Below the pieces are notes generated by a model. The model ran no database searches. It had not been told where the DNA came from and was given only the letters and a program-made list of their open reading frames with translations. DNA of 24,276 bases. Origin: Armatimonadota bacterium (GTDB lineage: Bacteria > Armatimonadota > UBA10988). The stretch is from the NCBI GenBank assembly GCA_016235455.1, contig JACRKZ010000025.1, positions 1-24,276 on the forward strand, in the 5' to 3' direction. Below are positions 1 through 6,717 of this stretch, piece by piece. Within the stretch, counting starts at the first letter, position 1. Each line of letters begins with the position of its first letter. Position numbers and translations under genes: made by a program.

Positions 1-1671
1 GCCAACCCGTTCATTGTGGGCGACGTGGAGGGGCCGCTGCGCCAGGGAGCCGCGGGCGACGCCGCGGTGCGCGCTCAGGCCGAGGTGCTCGACGCCTGCT
101 ACACCTTCGCCGCCTACCCCGAGGGCCAGGCGCGGCTGGCCGGGCTGCTGGCCGGCACGGGTCACGAGCGGCCCATCATCGGCGCGCCATCGCCGGGCTA
201 CTGGCGCACCAACACCGGCGCGCTCAACCGGCCCTTCCAGGGCACACTGGCCTACACCGAGAGCTGGGCCACGGCCTTCGCCAACAAGGCCGATTGGGCG
301 GTGATCACCACCTGGAACGACTACGGCGAGACCACGCACATCGAGCCCAGCCGCAACAACGCCGACCTGCTGGCACGCCTGACCGCGGTCTACGCGGCTG
401 GCCTGCGAGGCACCGATGCCACGGCCGCGGCGGGGCCGGAGACCTTCTACATGTCGGTGCCGCCCGAGCTGCCCGATGGTCCCGGCCGCGGCCCGCTGGA
501 GGCCAACCCGCGCCGGGAGAACACCTTCGAAGTGACGCGCCTCGGCCCGCCGGGCCAGGCCGCCACGATCACGCTGGTTCTGTCGACACCCGATGGCCGG
601 CCGGTGCTCTCGCGCGCGCTGACCATCCCAGCCGACCAGCCCATCAGCGCCCAGCGCTTCACCTGGGATGTGGAGAGTACGCTGGCCGTGCCGTTTCTGC
701 GCGCGGCGGCCACCGTGGGCAACCAGCGCGCCGAGCTGCCCATCACGCTGTGGCCGCGTCAGGTGGCCCACCGCTACGTCATGTCTCCGCTGCGGGCCAG
801 GCTGGCTGCCCAGTTGCCGCCCGCGCCGTTGGTCAGGCTGGTCGATGGCAAGCTGAGCGTCGAGCCCATCGAGCCGGCCACGGGCCGCGTGGACCTGCTG
901 CACAACTTCGAGCAGATGCCCGACCCCAAGTCGACCACCTCAGCGGTGGCCGAGGGCGCGGTGCAGTTGCCCGCCGGCGCGCCCGGCTGGGGCTTCTGGT
1001 CGGCCGCGCGCGTGGAGCCCGACGGCGCCGTGCGCTGGTCCGACCCGCTGTGGCTGCCGCCGCAGGGCGACCTGCTGTGCCTGGCGAGCTACTGCTTTGA
1101 GCAAGATGGGCAGGACGGCTCGACCTACCGCCGCCACGCCCGCGTCGTCGGCACGGCAGCCAGCCCCTGGCAGGCCGAGCTGGCCGACGGCAGTCATGCG
1201 CTGCGCTGCGGCGAGCAGTCCTGGGCCGAACCGCCCGGCTCCTTTCTGCCCTGCGCCGGGCCACTGACCGTCAGCCTGTGGTGTCGGCCCGAGGCGCCTG
1301 GCGGCATGTTGTTCGGCGATGTGGGCGCGCCATTGCTGCTGTCCCTCGACGGTCTTCGTCCGCGGGTCTCACGGCACTGTGCCGATGGTCGCTGGGTCGG
1401 CGTCACCGCGCCCGTTCCGGTGGCGCTGGGGCAGTGGACCCACGTCGCCGGCGTCTATGACGGGCGGGATCTGGTGCTGTTCGTGGGCCAGCGCGAAGCG
1501 GCGCGCGTAGCCGCCGGACCAGGCGACGGCTCCGAGCGCCAGGCGCTGGGCCGCAACCCGTATGACGGAGGCGCGCGGTATGCCGGTCTGATCGACACCG
1601 TGGAGATCCGCGGCGAGGCGCTCGGGCCGACCCTCCTGGCCCTGCTCAAGCCGCCTGCCGAGCCGAAGTAG
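1..1671 (+). CDS. GH71/GH99-like glycoside hydrolase with C-terminal LamG-like jellyroll domain (5'-truncated at window edge)
   Basis: Frame is open from base 1 (ANPFIVGDV...), so the true start is upstream. The motif VITTWNDYGETTHIEPS (~301-351) matches the GH71/GH99 WND/E-x-x-E signature. C-terminal LTVSLWCRP...WTHVAGVYDG...YAGLIDTVEI is LamG-like. Stop TAG at 1669-1671. Confidence 0.7.
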   Translation, partial: ANPFIVGDVEGPLRQGAAGDAAVRAQAEVLDACYTFAAYPEGQARLAGLLAGTGHERPIIGAPSPGYWRTNTGALNRPFQGTLAYTESWATAFANKADWAVITTWNDYGETTHIEPSRNNADLLARLTAVYAAGLRGTDATAAAGPETFYMSVPPELPDGPGRGPLEANPRRENTFEVTRLGPPGQAATITLVLSTPDGRPVLSRALTIPADQPISAQRFTWDVESTLAVPFLRAAATVGNQRAELPITLWPRQVAHRYVMSPLRARLAAQLPPAPLVRLVDGKLSVEPIEPATGRVDLLHNFEQMPDPKSTTSAVAEGAVQLPAGAPGWGFWSAARVEPDGAVRWSDPLWLPPQGDLLCLASYCFEQDGQDGSTYRRHARVVGTAASPWQAELADGSHALRCGEQSWAEPPGSFLPCAGPLTVSLWCRPEAPGGMLFGDVGAPLLLSLDGLRPRVSRHCADGRWVGVTAPVPVALGQWTHVAGVYDGRDLVLFVGQREAARVAAGPGDGSERQALGRNPYDGGARYAGLIDTVEIRGEALGPTLLALLKPPAEPK

Positions 1672-1719
1672 GAACGTCGACCGCCGGGCGCACGTCACCA
1701 CATGCTGGAGAGACACGCG

Positions 1720-3606
1720 ATGATACGTTGGATAGCAGCCGCTTGCCTGTGCGGCGCCGCGCTGAGCGCCTGCGCGCAGCCCGGCGTGGTGCCCTTCGGC
1801 GTCTGCGCCCACCTGGGCGGCGGCGAGGAGTTCGCCGACCGCGAGGCCGAGCTCAAGCTCATGCAGGCCGCCGGCATCCGCTGGGCACGCGCCGACTGGA
1901 CGTGGGGCTATATCCAGCCCAACGCGAGCACCTGGCGATGGGACAACTACGACAAGGTTGTGGCCTCGGCCAAGGCCCACAACGTGACCATACTGCCCAT
2001 CCTCTGCTACAACGTTGACTGGGCCATGCCCGCGCACGAGCATCTGGAGGCCTGGACCGCCTATGTCAAGGCCACGGTCAAGCGCTACGGCGCCGACCTG
2101 CGGTACTGGGAGGTCTGGAACGAGCCCAACATCAGCTTCTGGAAGCCCAAGCCCGACGCGGCACAGTATGCGGCGCTGCTGAAGGCCACCTACCAGGCCA
2201 TCAAGGAAGTCGATCCCAAGCTGCAGGTGGTCTACGGCGGGCTGGCCGGCGTGCCGCTGGGCTATCTGGAAGAGACCCTCAAGGCGGGCGCCAACAGGGC
2301 GTTCGACGTGATGGCCGTGCATCCCTACCACTACCCGTCGGCACCCGAGGACGCAGTGACCGCGGGTGAACTGCGCCAGACGCGCGAGATGCTCGACAAA
2401 TACGGCAGCAAGGCGCCCATCTGGAGCACCGAGCAGGGCTGGCCGACGCACATCAGCCACGCCGGGCCGTTCGGCGCGGCGCTGGTGGCTCGCGCGGCCA
2501 AGGCGCGCTTCCCGCAACGCACCGCGTTTGACGCCGCCGTGCTCAAGGTGCCGGGCATGCCCGGTAGCGGCGCCGCCGCGGACGCCCTGCATGCCTCGCT
2601 GCTCACCACGCCCGGCTTCAAGGTCCGCTTCGTCGGGCTGAGCGACCTCGCCGGCCTCGACCCCGCGTCGACCCAGGTGCTGGTTATGGCCACCGGCGAG
2701 CACTTTCCCGGCGCCGAGTACCCGGCCATGCTCGACTTTGTACGACGCGGCGGGCTGTTGGCGCATGTGGATGGCGTGCCGTTCTACTACGCGGAGTACC
2801 TCGAGGCCGACGGCTGGAAATCGAAGCCCTTCGGCCCGACCATCGGTCGCGACCCGCTGCACGTGGGTTGGAAGGCCTGGTGGACCGAGAAGGGCCTGCC
2901 CGAGGAGGTCCAGGTCAACCGCGCCACCGCTGAGGCCGGCACGCTGACGCTGCCCAAGGACGTGCCCTCCACCCGCTGGCTGACCGACGAGCTGCTCAAG
3001 GGCGACGACCGGTTCGTGCCGCTGGTCTCTGCCTACGACGGCGACAAGCTGATCGGCCATGCCGCGGCGCTCTACCTGTACGACAGCGAGCTCAAGGGCG
3101 GCTTCGTGAGCACCACCATGCCGCTCGACGCGCGGGGCGTGACCGACGACCAGCAGGGCGTCTACCAGCCGCGCGCCGTGCTCTGCGCGCTGGCCGACGG
3201 CATCACCAACTACTTCTGGTATGAGTTCCGCGACGGCGGCGACGACCCCTACTACAACGAGGCGCGCTTCGGCATGCTGCGCCGCAACCTGACGCCCAAG
3301 CCCGCCTACGAGGCCTATGCGGCGCTGACCAAGGCGCTGGGCGAAGGTACGTATGTCAAGCGGCTCGAACTGGGCGCGGGCACCCGGGCCCTGGTCTTCG
3401 ACGCCGGGGAGACGTACACGGTGGCGGTCTGGCGGCCCGAGAACGTCGAGGCGGCGCCGGTGACGGTGCCGGTGGGCGGCGCAGCGGTGAAGGTCACCGA
3501 CTACCTCGGCGCGGCGGTCGAGGTCACCGCGAATGCTGGCGGTGTCACGCTGACGGCCGGGCCGAAGGTGCAGTATGTGACGGGCATCAAGGCCGAGCCG
3601 AAGTAG
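1720..3606 (+). CDS. Secreted or lipoprotein clan GH-A glycoside hydrolase (GH39/GH5-like) with an inserted GATase1-like domain
   Basis: GGAGAG RBS precedes ATG 1720 (ORF track starts at 1702). Signal peptide MIRWIAAACLCGAALSAC/AQ. Barrel motifs GIRWARADWTW, acid/base YWEVWNEPN, FDVMAVHPY, nucleophile IWSTEQGWPT and FWYEFRD, followed by a C-terminal beta-sandwich. Confidence 0.8.
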   Translation: MIRWIAAACLCGAALSACAQPGVVPFGVCAHLGGGEEFADREAELKLMQAAGIRWARADWTWGYIQPNASTWRWDNYDKVVASAKAHNVTILPILCYNVDWAMPAHEHLEAWTAYVKATVKRYGADLRYWEVWNEPNISFWKPKPDAAQYAALLKATYQAIKEVDPKLQVVYGGLAGVPLGYLEETLKAGANRAFDVMAVHPYHYPSAPEDAVTAGELRQTREMLDKYGSKAPIWSTEQGWPTHISHAGPFGAALVARAAKARFPQRTAFDAAVLKVPGMPGSGAAADALHASLLTTPGFKVRFVGLSDLAGLDPASTQVLVMATGEHFPGAEYPAMLDFVRRGGLLAHVDGVPFYYAEYLEADGWKSKPFGPTIGRDPLHVGWKAWWTEKGLPEEVQVNRATAEAGTLTLPKDVPSTRWLTDELLKGDDRFVPLVSAYDGDKLIGHAAALYLYDSELKGGFVSTTMPLDARGVTDDQQGVYQPRAVLCALADGITNYFWYEFRDGGDDPYYNEARFGMLRRNLTPKPAYEAYAALTKALGEGTYVKRLELGAGTRALVFDAGETYTVAVWRPENVEAAPVTVPVGGAAVKVTDYLGAAVEVTANAGGVTLTAGPKVQYVTGIKAEPK

Positions 3607-3624
3607 CTGCCCTGGTCTGTTATC

Positions 3625-3670
3625 CCGCCTTCAGGCGGACTGGCGACCGTCAGCAGTCCGCCTGAAGGCG
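3625..3670. repeat. Perfect 17-bp inverted repeat made of two REP-like palindromes, between convergent genes; possible bidirectional terminator
   Basis: CGCCTTCAGGCGGACTG (3626-3642) and CAGTCCGCCTGAAGGCG (3654-3670) with an 11-nt loop. Each arm is itself palindromic (CCGCCT-TC-AGGCGG). Confidence 0.8.
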
Positions 3671-3743
3671 AATGGAGAACCCACGGGCCCTCAAGCCATA
3701 CCCCCGCAGCACTGGTGTTGGGGGACGAGCGCAGTGCCCTGGC

Positions 3744-4817
3744 CTACCCCTCAGGCACCGTCACCGTCGGCACGATCATCATCAGCACGGTCTCGGGCCC
3801 AGCGCCGCCGGGCTTTTGGCGCGAGACTACCAGCGCGCCCTCCTCGGGTGGCAGTTTGCCGCCGTCCACGATCACTTCCACGGGCAGGCCGTCCACATGG
3901 ATCGTGCATTTGGCGTACAGCCGCAAGGCCAGCCCGGCCTCGAGGCGACCGGCCAGCGCCAGCTTGGGCGTGCCTGGGCCTTGAGAGGCGACCTGAAGCA
4001 CTTCCAGGTCACGACCGGTCACCGTGCCCCGGCCCAGGATGCTGAGGCCTTCAGGGGCGGCTGACAGCCGTTCCCACTGCGCTTCCAGGTCCGTGGCGCT
4101 GTACAGCACCTCGCGGCCCTCGCCGGAACGGCCGAAGGCCATCGGGCCTTGGGCCCAGGCCACGCGCAACGTATCAACCAGAATGGGGCTGGCTTTGGCC
4201 ACCAGCCAGCGGTAGGCGATGGCCGCCGGCGGCCGGTCGAAGGACTGCGCGAGGAAACGGAAGTCGGCCACCGCGGCGGTGGAGCCGCTCACTTGCAGGC
4301 CCTTGCCATCGGCGGTCGGCCGCGGCGGGCCGGACAGGCCTGGCGGCAGGAGCAGCCGCAGGTCGAGAACCGAGCCGGCCTGGCCCAGCGCGCTGACGTC
4401 GAGCCAGCCGAACGAGCGCGCCAAGGTCGCCGCGTCGGCATAGCGGAGCGGCAAGGTGCTGGTGGTGGCGGTCTGGTCGTCGGGTTGGGCGCTGAAGCGG
4501 CCCACGACGAACACTCCACCCTCCGCGCGCCAGCCATAGCCCACGGCGCTGAGTACCGTGGTCAGGGCCTCGGTGAAAGGCACGGCGTTGACGCGCACGC
4601 TGACCAGCCCGCCCACGCCGGGCAGGTAGCGCACCGTGACGCCCGCCTGCTTGGCCAGCTCGCTGACCACCTCGCGGACGCCGCGGTCGGCGGCATTGAT
4701 GCTGACCTTGGTGCGGCCGTCGGCCGTGGCCGTACCGAGCGCGAGCAGCAGCGCCCAAACACAAACGAGCCGCGGTAGCGCGGCTCGTTTGGTACTCGTA
4801 TCTTGTCGACTGGACAT
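3744..4817 (-). CDS. Secretin/TonB N-terminal (STN) and secretin N-domain protein with a short, divergent C-terminal region
   Basis: Signal peptide, then KVSINAADRGVREVVSELAKQAGVTV...VSVRVNAVPFTEALTTVLSAVGYGWRAEGGVFVV (STN/N0-like), LPLRYADAATLA (secretin N-domain start) and FLAQSFDRPP (like the LDxP junction before the secretin core). 357 aa. Confidence 0.65.
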   Translation of the reverse strand: MSSRQDTSTKRAALPRLVCVWALLLALGTATADGRTKVSINAADRGVREVVSELAKQAGVTVRYLPGVGGLVSVRVNAVPFTEALTTVLSAVGYGWRAEGGVFVVGRFSAQPDDQTATTSTLPLRYADAATLARSFGWLDVSALGQAGSVLDLRLLLPPGLSGPPRPTADGKGLQVSGSTAAVADFRFLAQSFDRPPAAIAYRWLVAKASPILVDTLRVAWAQGPMAFGRSGEGREVLYSATDLEAQWERLSAAPEGLSILGRGTVTGRDLEVLQVASQGPGTPKLALAGRLEAGLALRLYAKCTIHVDGLPVEVIVDGGKLPPEEGALVVSRQKPGGAGPETVLMMIVPTVTVPEG

Positions 4818-4853
4818 GTCCTGGCCTCGCGACCTATGCGCGTGGCCCAGACC

Positions 4854-6398
4854 TCATTCGGTCACACGGTAAGCCCCGGCCCAATGAGCGACATAGTAGC
4901 CGTCATCGAGACTGGAGATGCTCACGGGCTTGCCCGAGCGCACCGCATGGACGAACCTGCCGCCGCCAGCGTAGACGCCGACGTGCGAGATGCCATCGCG
5001 ATAGGTGTTCTTGAAGAAGACAAGATCGCCAGGCTTGAGGTTTCCCTTGTCGACCGCCTTGCCCACTCCCCACTGGTCGCTGGACGTGCGCGGCAGGTTG
5101 ATGCCGAGCTCGCGCGCCACGGCGTAGGTCAGACCGGAGCAGTCGACTCCGTCATGGCTGGTGCCGCCACGGACGTACGGCGCGCCCAGGTAGGTCATGG
5201 CCAGGCGCAGGATCTTCTCGCCCTTGCTCGACGAAGAGTCGGCGTGCGGCTCGCCCAGGCTGGTCAGCGACTTGCTCACCCAGCCCACGCTGTCGCCCGC
5301 CTTGACCTTGACCCACTCGCCATCCTTGTCGAGGATGCTGAAGGTGGTGCCACCGTCGAGTACCGACAGCTTGGTGCTCTCGGCGCTGGGGCCACTGCGC
5401 AGGTTGACGCGGTCACCGGCGATGGACGCCAGCGAGCCGGAGCTCTTGGCGTCGACGGTCTCCCGCGGCTCGTTGGCCGGGGTAGGCGTCGGCTTGGTGG
5501 CGACCTTCACCTCGGACGGGGCCTGGCCCGCCAGGATCGGCTGAACCACCCAGCCGGCCACGTAGGCCACCTGCTTGGTGCCGGGCACGGCCACTTTCCA
5601 CCACTGGCCGTCTTTGCCAACGATGGTCAGGCGAGAGCCGGGATCGACCGAACTCACAACGCCCGCCTCCATGCTGGCGGACGAGCGCAACTTGACGCGG
5701 CCTTCACCCACCTGCACGGCCACCGGCTGCGCCGGCTTGCTCGGCGCGGCCTTCTCGGGCTTGGCGTGAGCCTCGGCCGCGCGGGGCTCGGGCTGCACCG
5801 GCTTGGGCGCCGCCACGGCCACGGCCGCGGGCTTGGGCTCGGGCGCCGCCGTCGCGGTCGGAGCGGACGCCGCCATGCTGGCCGGCTTGCCCGGCGTGGG
5901 CACGGTCAGCTTCTGGCCAATCTGCAGGATCGCGTCGACCTTGAGCTGATTGGCCGTGGCCAACGCCTCGGGCGACATGCGATGGATGAGCGCGATTCGG
6001 GTCAGGCTGTCACCAGCCTGAACTTGGTACACCGTAGTGCTCGTAGCGGCGTCGACACCACTCACCACGCTGTCGGCGGACGACCCGGCCGACTTGGCCA
6101 CGGTCGCGCCGGCCGCACTGGGAGCCGGTATCGGACTTGCGATTTGTTCGGGGATGGCGAGCTTCTGACCTTCCTTGACCAGCGACTTGGCTGGCAGGTG
6201 GTTCAGGTCGCGCAGGTGCTCTTCAGTTAGCTTGAGCCGCCGCGCAATGCTCGCCACGGTTTCGCCGCTCTGGACGGTGTAAGTGCCGTTCTCCCCGAGC
6301 GCCGTAGGCGCGAGGGCGACGCAGGTAAGACCGGCAACCAACGCTCGCTTGAGCGTCAATCCCCGGGTCGACCGCTGGTCGCTGGTCGGACGGATCAC
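4854..6398 (-). CDS. NlpC/P60 (C40) peptidoglycan endopeptidase with 2 LysM and 2 SH3b domains
   Basis: GTG 6398 follows an AAGGAGG RBS (ORF track starts at 6470). LysM: YTVQSGETVASIA and YQVQAGDSLTRIA. SH3b: VKLRSSAS...GQWWKV and VNLRSGPS...GEWVKV. Catalytic DCSG, ISHVGVY and FVHA. Ala/Pro/Lys linker. Confidence 0.92.
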   Translation of the reverse strand: MIRPTSDQRSTRGLTLKRALVAGLTCVALAPTALGENGTYTVQSGETVASIARRLKLTEEHLRDLNHLPAKSLVKEGQKLAIPEQIASPIPAPSAAGATVAKSAGSSADSVVSGVDAATSTTVYQVQAGDSLTRIALIHRMSPEALATANQLKVDAILQIGQKLTVPTPGKPASMAASAPTATAAPEPKPAAVAVAAPKPVQPEPRAAEAHAKPEKAAPSKPAQPVAVQVGEGRVKLRSSASMEAGVVSSVDPGSRLTIVGKDGQWWKVAVPGTKQVAYVAGWVVQPILAGQAPSEVKVATKPTPTPANEPRETVDAKSSGSLASIAGDRVNLRSGPSAESTKLSVLDGGTTFSILDKDGEWVKVKAGDSVGWVSKSLTSLGEPHADSSSSKGEKILRLAMTYLGAPYVRGGTSHDGVDCSGLTYAVARELGINLPRTSSDQWGVGKAVDKGNLKPGDLVFFKNTYRDGISHVGVYAGGGRFVHAVRSGKPVSISSLDDGYYVAHWAGAYRVTE

Positions 6399-6449
6399 TC
6401 CGTTGCCTCCTTCTGGGCAGCCTCGGTGGCCGCTCCAGCAGCACGCCGG

Positions 6450-6478
6450 ACTGTAACAGCGCCGCAGCAACCTGTCAA
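6450..6478 (-). promoter_or_regulatory. Sigma70-type promoter for the NlpC/P60 gene
   Basis: Minus strand reads TTGACA (6478-6473), a 17-nt spacer, then TACAGT (6455-6450) with an extended TGn, about 50 nt upstream of the start codon. Confidence 0.7.
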
Positions 6479-6717
6479 ACTACAGACATCCCGGCGCTGA
6501 CTCCCATGGGTATACAGAACTCAGGTACGCGTCTGGACTTCGCCTCCAGAGCGGGTTCGCCGCTGGCTCGACGTGCGCTTGGACAACGCGCGAACGCAGT
6601 TCGTCGCAACGAGTCCAGCCCTCAAATACAACGCTATTGCCCGAAGATGAACCGGCCCGGCCGGCCGCCGAGTGCGGCTCGGCCAACGATGTACAATGGG
6701 CGTGCTGGTGAGGGTTA

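Noticed and set aside
1369-3060. 563-aa minus-strand ORF and other long overlapping ORFs (e.g. 4803-6230 +, 6961-8061 -, 9540-10715 -, 22839-23903 +)
   Set aside because: Antisense or off-frame shadows of motif-supported genes, expected at high GC; they carry no recognisable motifs.
5740-5900. Ala/Pro/Lys-rich stretch in the NlpC/P60 gene as a DNA repeat
   Set aside because: An ordinary low-complexity interdomain linker with no exact nucleotide repeat unit.
6399-6717. c-di-AMP (ydaO) riboswitch, often found upstream of NlpC/P60 genes
   Set aside because: No recognisable ydaO consensus, and the promoter at 6450-6478 leaves only a ~45-nt leader.
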